Shown here piece after piece: positions 39,192-48,420 of a stretch of 64,000 nucleotides of DNA. The stretch comes from an uncultured Acidobacteriota bacterium (GTDB taxonomy: Bacteria; Acidobacteriota; Terriglobia; Terriglobales; Acidobacteriaceae): assembly GCA_963711675.1 (NCBI GenBank), contig CAVQFB010000002.1:427632-491631 (forward strand), in the 5' to 3' direction. The notes beneath the pieces are model-generated. The model saw nothing but the letters and a program-made list of their open reading frames with translations, ran no database searches and was not told the DNA's origin. A program made the position numbers and the translations under genes. Each line of letters begins with the position of its first letter. Within the stretch, counting starts at the first letter, position 1.

Positions 39192-39770
39192 ATGAGAAAA
39201 AGATGGAGAGGAGTGACGTCGGGCGGACTGCTGCTGGCGGCGATCATGGTGGCGAGCGTTTCGCAGCCGGTGCGAGCAGACGAGAAGAAGCCTGTGGCGC
39301 CTCCGAAGTGGAAGGTGGGAGACATGGCGCCGGATTTCAAACTGCAGTACTTCGATGGCACCGGCCTGAAGAGTGTGAGCCTGGGCCAATATCGCGGCAC
39401 AAAGAACGTCGTACTTGCATTTTATGTTTTCGCCTTCACCGGGGGTTGAACCGAGCAAATGAAAAACTTCCAGCGAAATCTGCAGAAGCTGGAAGCAGCC
39501 GACACCCAGGTCCTGGGTGTGAGCATGGATAGCCCCTTCGCAAACAAGGCCTTTGCCGACCAAATTGGAGTTACCTTCCCGCTGCTCAGTGACTGGGGCG
39601 GCGACACAACCCGTCAGTACGGCGTCTACTTCGACAAATATAAAGCGGCTCGCCGGGTGAATTTCCTGATCGGAAAGGACGGGAAAATTCTGGAGGAGCA
39701 GGTGGACGATGAGGCCATCGATCCGACCAAACTCGTGGTCGCATGCGAGCGCCATAAATTGAAGAATTGA
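39192..39770 (+). CDS. Secreted AhpC/TSA-redoxin family peroxiredoxin with in-frame TGA (probable selenocysteine) at the peroxidatic position
   Basis: ORFs 39192..39449 and 39459..39770 share one frame (offset 267 nt) and are separated only by TGA 39447-49 plus three sense codons. The join reads NVVLAFYVFAFTGG[TGA]TEQMKNF, where Prx proteins have ..FTxxCT... There is a signal peptide and a hairpin 17 nt downstream. Confidence 0.7.
39467..39495 (+). promoter_or_regulatory. Candidate bacterial SECIS hairpin
   Basis: CTTCCAGC (39467-74) pairs with GCTGGAAG (39488-95). The 13-nt loop starts with G, and the stem starts 17 nt after the UGA. Confidence 0.45.
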
Positions 39771-39938
39771 GGCGAGAGCGACCGAGTATCGGCTGATCGG
39801 GAAGCAGTCCGCGGCGCAGAGGGCTGGGCGCGAGCAGAATTGAGTGAAAAGCAGTCGACGACTGGCTGCGGTTGTTTCCCGATTTGGCTGACTTCTGTTC
39901 CGAACGAAAAATTAGGACACGACTTGGGCGTCGCGAGT

Positions 39939-39967
39939 TTGACGGCGCATGGCACGGTTGTTATGAT
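39939..39967 (+). promoter_or_regulatory. Sigma70-type promoter for tRNA-fMet
   Basis: TTGACG (39939-44), a 17-nt spacer, TATGAT (39962-67), then 5 nt to tRNA position +1. Confidence 0.55.
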
Positions 39968-39972
39968 GAATT

Positions 39973-40049
<77 letters not shown>

Positions 40050-40093
40050 TTTACGGATTTGAGGGACTACCGGCGTAGTCCCCAATTCCAAAA

Positions 40094-41293
40094 TCACTGG
40101 ATCGTGGCTGTTTCGGGCCTCAAATTCTTCAGGGAAACTTCCTTCGCCCTATCCTTCAGTTGCTTTTTGATCGCGGGTGGCAAAACAAGATCTGCTACCC
40201 GGCTATTGGCTCGGCGCTTGGTCTTCTCAAATGCTGAGCCGTAGGTATTCATGGTCGTCTTGATGTCGGCGTGCCGCATGAGGCGCTGCTGCACCCCGAG
40301 CGGCGTGCCGATATCATCAATCAGCGTTCGATAGGTGTGCCGAAAGCTGTGCCAGCCCACTCCTTGCAATCCGATCTTTTCACCCGCTGGTCGCAAGTAG
40401 TCTTTCTGAATGGCATCGCCGTGGACTGGGCGTTTCGTATCCGCATTAGCGAATAGCCAAGCCTCCGGCGTTTCGACACATCGCTTCCGCCAATCCTCCA
40501 GAACGGACACTAGCTTGGAATCCAGAAACACTTCGTCCTCTGAAGCTCCGGTTTTTCCGCCGTTCCAGACGTAGCGGCCCACAATAGATCGGGTCAACGT
40601 CAGTATCCGCCCCTTCAAATCAAAGTCCTGCCACTGCAATGCCCTGATCTCACTGATGCGCAAGCCCAGGCACATTGCAATCATGACCATCACTTGAATG
40701 TGGTACGGAAGCTCTGCGAGAAGAGCCTGATATTGCTCGACCGTAAGCACAACTTTCTTGCGAACCCGTTTCGTCACGCCCTTGATTTCGACTAACTGCA
40801 TCGGGTTTCTCTGAGTCTCCAAAATTTCCCATTTCATCGCGTACTCAAAAATGCGATGCAGGAGACCCTTTATGTTGGACTTCGTTTTGGGAGAATGCTT
40901 CAGCTCCTTCAACCACTGTTCCACCTTGAGGGGCTTTTTCACTTCGGCCACGGGAGCCTCGCCCCATTGTGGCAAAATGTGCACTTTCAAAATGGATACG
41001 TAGGACTTCTTGGTTGAATACCGTTCTGGCATTGCTTCGTGCATGTATCGCCTTACCAATGCTCCGAACGATTGACTGGAAGACTGCTCCATCCGCTGGT
41101 ATCGAAACTCTCTCGACCCCTGCCAGGCATGATCTTCCGTTGGCCATCCTTCCGCATCTCCCGCTAACATTACGCTGCGCTTTCGCGTAATGCCCATCTC
41201 GTCCGTTTCGTAAAAGCGCCAAACCCAGACATCCGGGCCTCGCGTTCTCTTCTTGCGGACAATCGTGCCCACGTCTTGCTGTGTGCGTTTCAA
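40094..41293 (-). CDS. Tyrosine-type site-specific integrase
   Basis: C-terminal catalytic motifs (LGLRISEI ... GWHSFRHTY ... LMRHADIKTTMNTY). I prefer TTG 41293, preceded by AGGAGG at 8 nt and overlapping the xis stop (TTGA), over ATG 41347. Confidence 0.9.
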   Translation of the reverse strand: MKRTQQDVGTIVRKKRTRGPDVWVWRFYETDEMGITRKRSVMLAGDAEGWPTEDHAWQGSREFRYQRMEQSSSQSFGALVRRYMHEAMPERYSTKKSYVSILKVHILPQWGEAPVAEVKKPLKVEQWLKELKHSPKTKSNIKGLLHRIFEYAMKWEILETQRNPMQLVEIKGVTKRVRKKVVLTVEQYQALLAELPYHIQVMVMIAMCLGLRISEIRALQWQDFDLKGRILTLTRSIVGRYVWNGGKTGASEDEVFLDSKLVSVLEDWRKRCVETPEAWLFANADTKRPVHGDAIQKDYLRPAGEKIGLQGVGWHSFRHTYRTLIDDIGTPLGVQQRLMRHADIKTTMNTYGSAFEKTKRRANSRVADLVLPPAIKKQLKDRAKEVSLKNLRPETATIQ

Positions 41294-41529
41294 GAAGCTT
41301 TCCTCCTTAAAGCGCGCACGGATGACGCTTCCGACTCTACACGACAACGCATGTGCGAAACTAGCTCTGAAATTCGAAAACGCCAGCGCTTGCGGACTCC
41401 GTTGCCTATGGGATGTGCGGGAAGCCAGCCCTCCCGAGCCATCTTCTTCACGGTCACCGGGCTGATCTTCAAAAAGTTTGCTGCTTCTTCGGGCGTTACG
41501 AAGGGTTCGTTGTCTTCGGCTGGATTCAT
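41290..41529 (-). CDS. Excisionase/AlpA-type helix-turn-helix DNA-binding protein
   Basis: FVTPEEAANFLKISPVTVKKMAREGWLPAHPIGNGVRKRWRFRISEL is the excisionase-family HTH pattern. It lies directly upstream of, and coupled to, int. Confidence 0.8.
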   Translation of the reverse strand: MNPAEDNEPFVTPEEAANFLKISPVTVKKMAREGWLPAHPIGNGVRKRWRFRISELVSHMRCRVESEASSVRALRRKAS

Positions 41530-41620
41530 TTTCTACTCCATCCCGGAACTTCGGACGGGCCTATTTGGCTGAGCGTGCAGCAATCCTTGCGACGTAGGTC
41601 GTCCGACCGGGGAGCAAACG

Positions 41621-42844
41621 TTGCACTTGACACTAACGCACGCGTACCAATACAGTCAATACGTAACGTTACGATATTTTAGTGAGGCTGACCCCTTGGC
41701 AGACAAGACCCCAATCCTGCAGCAGCCGGTGATCTCCATTCGGATTTCCGACGAGCTGCGTCAAAGGCTCGACACTTTGAAGGAAATCATGGCCGCCAAG
41801 AGTGGCGAACCCGTCTCAACATCGGAGGCGGCAAAGCAGCTCCTTGAGTCCTCTAAAGAGGAGCGATTAGAGTTCGTAAATCTACTCTCAGAGCCAACCG
41901 ATTCCCTGGTGAAGATTCGCGGGAAGGTAGACGCAAAGCTGCCACTTTCGCAAGCCGAATGGACCCTAGTTGCTTACTACTGTCAGCAGGGTGCGGAGTT
42001 ATTTGCAAATACCGGCCAGACGGACATTTCGTTTGAATCTCTCGCCGGAATTCTCGAAGCTTTCCTTGCCGTTTATGGACTTGTATCTAAACAGAGAAAG
42101 AGGGGCCCGATGGCCCCTTATCTCCTCACCACTCTGCCGTCACAAAAGCAAACTGAGGCGAAGCAGTCAGAGGAGATCGTAAACGATGATGTGCAGCGGG
42201 CCGTGAACCGAACCATCCACACGCTAAAGAACGCTGACAGCGAGACTGACCGACCGATTCATACCGCTCGACTTCTCTACATGGTTCTTGACAACGAAAA
42301 GTTTCTAAACATCGAGAAGCTGAACGAAGCGCTGCGACCGTACTGGCCGATTCTCTGGCGCGTGTGCGCCCGTGGCCATTACCTCCGCCATGAAGAACCC
42401 TTACGCGATGGTGCATTTTGGGGTGCCGATTCTAGGTTGAGAAATCCTGGGCCATTGCCTTCGTTTCAGGAAGGCGAATACCGTCTCGAATTTCACCGGG
42501 GGCCGGAGACGGAATTTTCTACCTGGTTGTATTTTCCCGGAAGATTTGCTCTGCAATATCCGCTCTTCGATTACCCGAGAATTGCGGAACTTCGGACGAT
42601 ACTAGAAGGGTTGTCGCTGCGCGACACACTGATCTTCTGGGAAGGTCGCTATTTCCTCGCGTCTACGTGGTTCGACGAAGAAGAAAAGGTCGGCGTCGTA
42701 TTTCGCTCTCGGGACCACGGGATCGCCGTCACATTTCATCATGACGATTGGCAGGCTATTAAGAGTCTGTTTCGCCGCGGCTGGCAGGCGCCGGAAGTGG
42801 TCCGTCTGTGGAATGCATTGGCGAGGGAGTATGGCGAGCTGTGA
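41621..42844 (+). CDS. Hypothetical protein with RHH-like N-terminus and a large unknown C-terminal domain (start uncertain)
   Basis: No ATG near the 5' end (TTG 41621 or a later TTG/GTG). VISIRISDELRQRLDTLKEIMAAK resembles an RHH strand-helix. About 330 aa further carry no motif I recognise. Divergent from xis-int. Confidence 0.6.
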   Translation: MHLTLTHAYQYSQYVTLRYFSEADPLADKTPILQQPVISIRISDELRQRLDTLKEIMAAKSGEPVSTSEAAKQLLESSKEERLEFVNLLSEPTDSLVKIRGKVDAKLPLSQAEWTLVAYYCQQGAELFANTGQTDISFESLAGILEAFLAVYGLVSKQRKRGPMAPYLLTTLPSQKQTEAKQSEEIVNDDVQRAVNRTIHTLKNADSETDRPIHTARLLYMVLDNEKFLNIEKLNEALRPYWPILWRVCARGHYLRHEEPLRDGAFWGADSRLRNPGPLPSFQEGEYRLEFHRGPETEFSTWLYFPGRFALQYPLFDYPRIAELRTILEGLSLRDTLIFWEGRYFLASTWFDEEEKVGVVFRSRDHGIAVTFHHDDWQAIKSLFRRGWQAPEVVRLWNALAREYGEL

Positions 42845-43022
42845 AAGGCGCGGTGCTTCGCACCGGAAGAATTTTGACACTCCACCCCTTCGAGGGAACT
42901 GTAGGGAAACTTGACATCTTTCTGGAGGAACCATCCTGGCATCCAATAGATAGCGTGGGTGGGGGTTCCGTAAGGAAACCCGTGACTCCTTGCGTAAACG
43001 CGGGTGCTGGGAGGTTGGAGCG

Positions 43023-43403
43023 ATGGCGCTGCTCGATGAGAAGAACCTTGCGGCGGAAGCGGCAAAGCGGGCGCGGTTCCGGGTGCATCACGTGGGGACA
43101 AAGCTGAACGAGGCGGAACTGCACGAGCTGGAGGGGCTGGCGGCGAAGCGGAACGAGACGCAGGCGGAGCTGATCCGCGGGCTGATCCTGCGCGAGATCG
43201 AACAGGACAAGACGGGGCTTCGACCCAGTGCGGAGATGGTGGAAATCACGGCGTGCCGGCTGTTGTTGGTGAACCTGCTGGGTCCGCTGGCGAAGGGCGA
43301 GGCAATGACGCAAGAGGGGTTCGACGGGATCGTGGACGAGGTCAAGAAGCAGAAGGCGCGTGTGGCGCGGGACCGCCTCAAAGACCACGAAGCGCGGCGC
43401 TGA
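43023..43403 (+). CDS. Ribbon-helix-helix protein, MobC/relaxosome-accessory-like
   Basis: GGGAGG RBS. The pattern KLNEAELHELEGLAAKRNETQAELIRGLILREI is typical of MobC/CopG-type RHH proteins. Confidence 0.55.
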   Translation: MALLDEKNLAAEAAKRARFRVHHVGTKLNEAELHELEGLAAKRNETQAELIRGLILREIEQDKTGLRPSAEMVEITACRLLLVNLLGPLAKGEAMTQEGFDGIVDEVKKQKARVARDRLKDHEARR

Positions 43404-43655
43404 GCAGCGGTGGCCGATGAGAAGCTGTCCGTCACCCGCAAAGGCTGACCTATGTCTCCGTCTCGCGTGGACGCTATGACGCGCAGATTTATACGAATAA
43501 TGCAGCGACGCTGGGGCAGGAACCCAGCCCCGATGTGTCCCATTCGCACGCGATTCAGCAAGAGCCAGCGATGCATAAAATAGAACTACAAACCACGCAC
43601 ACGAATCAGATCAGTCAGGGTTTCGGTTTAGGTCTGTGATGCAGCATTCCCGAAT

Positions 43656-43793
43656 GACATGCCCCGGATAGCCAGAGCATAGCCGAGGCCCGGCCAGTGT
43701 CAAGGCCGCGCTTCGCGCGCCGCGTTCGCGGTCGAAGAGCCTTGACACTGGCCTTTGCGCCTCGGCTTATTATTCAGCTATCCGGGGGATGTC
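43656..43793. repeat. 138-nt composite imperfect palindrome (three nested arm pairs)
   Basis: Arm pairs are 43656-72/43777-93 (17 bp, 1 mismatch), 43681-89/43759-67 (9 bp) and 43692-706/43739-53 (15 bp). The central 32 nt is CG-rich with mini-hairpins. Confidence 0.9.
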
Positions 43794-43896
43794 AGATTGT
43801 TACTTCCACGACCGGGCTCCGCGCCGAGTCGAACCGCTGTCGGAAGAGATCTGGGACTTGAGAAAGACGTGTTCAAACAAGCTTTCTCTTACGAGC

Positions 43897-44673
43897 ATGA
43901 GAATCATTACTTATAGCGACCTGCATCTTGAATTTGGCTCGGGCTGGATGTTGCCCCCGGCAGTGAACGGAGATGTCATGATCCTGGCAGGCGATATCGT
44001 CACGCTCAGGGATTATGAGCCGCTCGACCAGATTCTGCGGAAGTGGAAGAAACCAGTCCTCTATGTGACGGGAAACCACGAATATTACACGCGGCGGCCA
44101 ATGAACGAAGAAGACAACAGATTCAAGGCGTGGCTCGAAGACAGACATTCGCAGGTGAAACTGCTGCTTGATGAAGAGGTCAGCATCGGGGGTGTCAACT
44201 TCTTCGGCGGCACGATGTGGACGGATTTCAACGGCGCCGATTTGCGCGCCATGGAGACCGCCCGCTCTCAAATGAACGATTACCGCCTCATCTATAACCC
44301 CGACGAAACGCCTTTCACGCCAGCAGATTCGATTGCGCTACATAAAAACTTCGCGTCGAAATTGCTGAATTGGTTTGGCAAGAATCTAAGTGGTCCGCGC
44401 GTGGTTATCAGCCATAATGCACCCGTCATCAATCCCAACTCCAAATACAAGGGCGGCCCTCTCACGCCGGCGTTCAATTCCCTGGACATGGTGGAGATCA
44501 TTGAGACCCACCAGCCGGCCCTCTGGGTGTATGGCCACACGCATGAATGCGACGATCAGACGATCGGCCGGACCCGGATCATTTCAAATCAACTCGGATA
44601 TCCCAGCAACCTTGGCGGTTTTGAATGCAAGGATTTTGATGAAGCGGGTCTGCCAGTCGAGGTAGGCGTTTAG
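43897..44673 (+). CDS. Calcineurin-like metallophosphoesterase
   Basis: Motifs DLHLEF, AGDIV, GNHEYY, SHNAP, GHTHE in canonical order. Start at ATG 43897 (MRIITYSDLHLE). Confidence 0.85.
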   Translation: MRIITYSDLHLEFGSGWMLPPAVNGDVMILAGDIVTLRDYEPLDQILRKWKKPVLYVTGNHEYYTRRPMNEEDNRFKAWLEDRHSQVKLLLDEEVSIGGVNFFGGTMWTDFNGADLRAMETARSQMNDYRLIYNPDETPFTPADSIALHKNFASKLLNWFGKNLSGPRVVISHNAPVINPNSKYKGGPLTPAFNSLDMVEIIETHQPALWVYGHTHECDDQTIGRTRIISNQLGYPSNLGGFECKDFDEAGLPVEVGV

Positions 44674-44744
44674 CCCCGAGCGGGAAGAAGGTACCTTATG
44701 AGGGCAAGCGACATGCCGTGCATTCTGCCGAAGGTTGCCGAACG

Positions 44745-46229
44745 TCAAAGCCGGCCCAATACGATCCGTAGTTCGTCTGCAATCGGCGTAGAAATCGCAT
44801 CAACCGCTGCGGCCATAGGTACCGCCGTGAGCCATAACTGCACGGATCGCGAGCCAGCGGACAGCGACGCTCGATGGATGAGTCGCCCACGCTTCTTCAG
44901 AGAGTGCCAGCTTTCAGGTGAACAGGGATAGGTTAGACACGCGATTACTTTCGGAGTGGACGCCAGATTCGCGTAAGCCAGCACCTGTAGCATGTCGGTT
45001 CGATGCTGCTCCCGGAGTTGTTCTTCAAGCCGGGACCACGATTGCGCCTGCATCTCTTCCCAGTGACGCTTGTACTTTGCGTCAACAATCAACGTGAGGG
45101 AGTCCCACTCAAGCCATACATCGGGAATCAAGGACTTCTGTGAGCCGAGGTAGGGTGGTTCCCAGTTCACGGCATGTGTCGTCTCGTGTTTTCGCCCCAC
45201 CTTCATTCTGCCGCCTGTCCGGCGCGCAATCGTGCAAAACACCGTCTCCACCCACGCTTCGAAGAACTGGTCCATGCGCATCGTCCACGGAATTCCTGCG
45301 AGGTCGCTAAGTCCCGCCAGGCCCCGCTCCTCAACTGTCCACTCAATCGCTTGTAATCCGTCAGTGAACTGCTCGCTCCGCATCGGACGATGGAGCCAAG
45401 TTGCAAGCGTCGAGGAGCTAGGAAAGTAGGGGGTGACACCGTGCACTCTACGCATTAGCTCGTCCGCAAACTCAATTAGCCTATGAACAAATGCGCCTTG
45501 GTCCCTCTGTGTTTCAAGCGCTCGAAGTTGCCTCTCGACTGCGATCCGGATCGCGCCTTTCAGCAGACGATCATCGCGTAAATCGGGGAACACACACGGC
45601 ACGGAAAGAAAATTCGCCGAGGGTAAGCTCTTGGTGGCGTAGCGCGGCCAATTAACAGTTCCGCGTGGTGCACCGCGAGATTCATGGATCATCTCAAAGC
45701 GACGGTCGAGCGAGTCGAGTAGCGCCTTGAGGCGAGTGAGAACCATGAATGACAGCACCCAAACTGGGACTCTTCGCTCTGAACGGTGGAGCAGCGGCAG
45801 GCGAAGAGGCACGGGCGCTATGCGCCATCCCATCTCGGCTAACATCGGTCCGATTCCCGGCCACGGAAATCTGGGTTGGATAACCAGGCCGAAATCAAGG
45901 CGGGCTGTGGTTGCTGAGAACAGGGGAATTGCTCCTACAGACCGGCCGGATGAAACCACGAGCCAGAGGTCGCGACCGTCGTAATCCCCTTCCATTCGTG
46001 CATCGAGACGCATCATCAGAGCTCGGTTTCGCGTAATGAATTGTTCGGCGATCCGCGCTGCCTGCGCTGCGGGGTCGCGACTAGACCGCGTCTGGAAAAA
46101 GTCTATGGCTGAATATCGCGCCTCGGAATAATCTGGCAATTCGAGACAAACCTGTGCGAGATGGTCGGGCGCTTTAAGCGAGAGGCGGCTTCGAGGGGAC
46201 GACGAGCGCCTTAGAGACTGTCTAGCCAC
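44745..46229 (-). CDS. McrC-like PD-(D/E)xK nuclease subunit of a McrBC-type (type IV) restriction system
   Basis: C-terminal LIPDVWLEW...LIVDAKYK nuclease motif. It overlaps the 3' end of the McrB-like gene by 19 nt. Confidence 0.75.
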   Translation of the reverse strand: MARQSLRRSSSPRSRLSLKAPDHLAQVCLELPDYSEARYSAIDFFQTRSSRDPAAQAARIAEQFITRNRALMMRLDARMEGDYDGRDLWLVVSSGRSVGAIPLFSATTARLDFGLVIQPRFPWPGIGPMLAEMGWRIAPVPLRLPLLHRSERRVPVWVLSFMVLTRLKALLDSLDRRFEMIHESRGAPRGTVNWPRYATKSLPSANFLSVPCVFPDLRDDRLLKGAIRIAVERQLRALETQRDQGAFVHRLIEFADELMRRVHGVTPYFPSSSTLATWLHRPMRSEQFTDGLQAIEWTVEERGLAGLSDLAGIPWTMRMDQFFEAWVETVFCTIARRTGGRMKVGRKHETTHAVNWEPPYLGSQKSLIPDVWLEWDSLTLIVDAKYKRHWEEMQAQSWSRLEEQLREQHRTDMLQVLAYANLASTPKVIACLTYPCSPESWHSLKKRGRLIHRASLSAGSRSVQLWLTAVPMAAAVDAISTPIADELRIVLGRL

Positions 46230-47684
46230 TGGAGGTAGCTCCTAATGGGTTCGGCGAAGCCACCAACATAACCCTGAAACAAGTACTCCTGCAGTAGAGG
46301 CGCGAGGCTTGTTTTCAGCTCGCGCCTTGCTTTGTCTTCACTCATCTCGAGAAAATACGAGTGTCCCGGCACGAGCGCAAACGCATCGTCAGGCGCGTGT
46401 TCCACAAATATAGAGACGAGCTTCCGGAACGCGTCTTGCATCAGGGAGCATCCGTGCTGCTGAACAACACTCATCCGCGGCCACGCGGAAACGAATGCGA
46501 ATCGTCGCCTGACGGCAACGTCAACAATTGCGATGCTACGATCCGCGCTGTTCATCGTTCCGAGTATGTGTAGGTTCTTAGGTAGGTTGAGCGACCGATG
46601 GAACGGAGAGCCAAAGTCATAGGGCAAGCTGGATCACGCGCTCGCGGTCAGTTTCGGTCTCTAAGAGAAAGATCGCTTCGCCCAGGATCTTGCTTAAGTC
46701 GGCTCGGTTGATTTCGTCGATGTGCAGCAGATACGGTCGAGACAAGTCGGCTGACGCCAGGGCTGCTGCTTCCATCAGCACGCCGGGCGTCGCTTTGAAA
46801 CGCAGACCAACTCCACCATCGGAATTGTCAGGAGCAAGGCCTCCAATGAAGTTTTCGTACGTCGTGTTGGCGTGGAATTGGATGCTCCTCCCCAGGCCCT
46901 TGTACTCGTCGTCGAGAAGGTCGAGGGCCATTTTCGTTTTACCTGTACCAGGAGGGCCCTGGAGAATTATGTAGCGTCTGGAGTCCAACAGACCCTTTAA
47001 CTCATTGCGCTCAACTCCCGGCATAAGACAGTCGAGCCAGCCCGACCTGATTTCTTCGGCGCTCGGCTGCCACCGGGCCAGCGGCTCGTATCCCCTCTCT
47101 TCGAAAAGAAGATCCAGGAGAGCGCTCACCGCAGCCTCTGTCGTCGCTTTGTCGGTCGTCGGTCGAAATAGCGCGTAGACCTCTTTGCCATAGCGATCAA
47201 GGGCGGCCTTGTGGCTGGACCACTCTTTCTTGATTTCATCTGGAACCGAAATGTCGGTCCGGGTAGGGTCCTGTTTCGCCCAAGCAACGCGACTTCCTTT
47301 GCCATAACGGTGGTTTAGCCAACCGCAAATAGCTTTTGTCTTTCGTGCGTGGCCGGGCCGACCCAGAATCGCTTCGTCTGGCGTTAGACCTTGCGTCCCA
47401 ACCACTAGGCCGAGCAAACAAGGTGCCCCCTCTGCAGGGAAAATTACGAATGATAGCCCGCTGTAGGCGCCCGAGGGAGGGTTGGAAGGGTGGATGTACG
47501 CAGCAAACGGAACCCCAGTCTCGCCGCCCATTGCCGGCGCACGAAGCGCGATTTCGCCGCTTGCTGCTTGCGGATAACGCCCTTCCGCCGAGCCAAACAG
47601 AGACGCGAGGGCTGCCTCGTTTCGATCTTTCCAGCCTGCGTCAACCGACGAGTGGATAACTTCCACCAATTTCTCAAAAGCCAC
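46211..47684 (-). pseudogene. McrB-like AAA+ GTPase subunit, split by a 1-nt frameshift near 46620-46628
   Basis: ORF 46617..47684 has Walker A (GPPGTGKT) and Walker B (LLHIDEINRA). ORF 46211..46627 continues with LPYDFGSPF..NLHILGTMNSADRS..RRRF. Together they form one McrB AAA+ module in two frames. Confidence 0.8.
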
Positions 47685-47813
47685 TTGCGTTGAACCTCCT
47701 CTATTCGCTCCGCACCAATCTACTCCTGCAGGGCTCTTCTGTGGAGTTATTCCGGGTTGTTCGTGCCCACCTCAATTCGGCAACCGACATGCTTCACGTT
47801 GGTCAGCGTCCAA

Positions 47814-48410
47814 TCACAGCGCTTCGATATAGGGTCGAATGACATTGCTTACCCGGCAGACTTTGGCGTAGCGGTAGATTTCGTCGATGTTGGCTCGTTT
47901 CTGGCGAAGACAATCCTTTAGGGCTTCGATTGCGACATCGAGTCCGATTTTGTTCCGAAATTTGAAACAGTCGGCGACAGTCTTTGCGGCCGAATAGACA
48001 CAGACTGTGACGCCCTCCACCTGATGTTTGTCGATTCCCTCCGCGAGTGATGGCCCGGACAGCCGAACGATCCTGAGTGAGGGCGAAGCGAGAGCAGGGG
48101 TTCTTGCCCCTTTGGGGAGAGCGATCCAAACCGAAGCCGGACTCTGCGTCGTGATCTCGTGAAAGACGAGTGCCGAAAGCAGGCAGAGAGTAGCTTGCGG
48201 GACTCGCTTGGCGACTTCGGCGTAGGAGTGGTGTTCCGTCACGTCGGCATCTGGAAGTGTGTAGATTCCACGTGCAGGCCGATTGAGCTTGCCTTGCCGG
48301 TGGAGACGAACGAGATACTGCCGCGGAAAACCGATCACCTCGATATCACGGGACCTAACAATCCCGTGTTCGCCGATGTACTGCATAATCTTTTGAAGAG
48401 AATTGTCCAT
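47814..48410 (-). CDS. AbiEi-family (type IV TA antitoxin-like) winged-helix protein, no AbiEii partner
   Basis: N-terminus IMQYIGEHGIVRSRDIEVIGFPRQYLVRLHRQGKLNRPARGIYTL (AbiEi_4-like), with a C-terminal AbiEi-like domain. The next gene downstream is McrB-like, not a nucleotidyltransferase. Confidence 0.75.
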   Translation of the reverse strand: MDNSLQKIMQYIGEHGIVRSRDIEVIGFPRQYLVRLHRQGKLNRPARGIYTLPDADVTEHHSYAEVAKRVPQATLCLLSALVFHEITTQSPASVWIALPKGARTPALASPSLRIVRLSGPSLAEGIDKHQVEGVTVCVYSAAKTVADCFKFRNKIGLDVAIEALKDCLRQKRANIDEIYRYAKVCRVSNVIRPYIEAL

Positions 48411-48420
48411 AGCGGCTGTC

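Noticed and set aside
39447-39449. TGA as a genuine stop (two small genes, or a nonsense-mutated pseudogene)
   Set aside because: Neither half is a complete thioredoxin fold. The frame is preserved across the TGA, the codon sits exactly at the catalytic Cys column, and a hairpin follows. A nonsense pseudogene cannot be fully excluded without knowing whether the genome has sel genes.
38943-39755. 270-aa minus-strand ORF spanning the acyl-CoA ligase start and the peroxiredoxin locus
   Set aside because: It has no motif. It overlaps a + strand frame with clear peroxiredoxin similarity and a signal peptide.
42884-42898. Possible attR for the tRNA-fMet integrase (CTCCACCCCTTCGAG versus tRNA 3' ATCCACCCCCCGCAA)
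   Set aside because: Only about 8-9 contiguous matching bases, which is too weak to call by eye. It needs a computational repeat search.
43088-43576. 162-aa minus-strand ORF
   Set aside because: It is antisense to the MobC-like RHH gene, has Ser/Arg-rich low complexity and no RBS.
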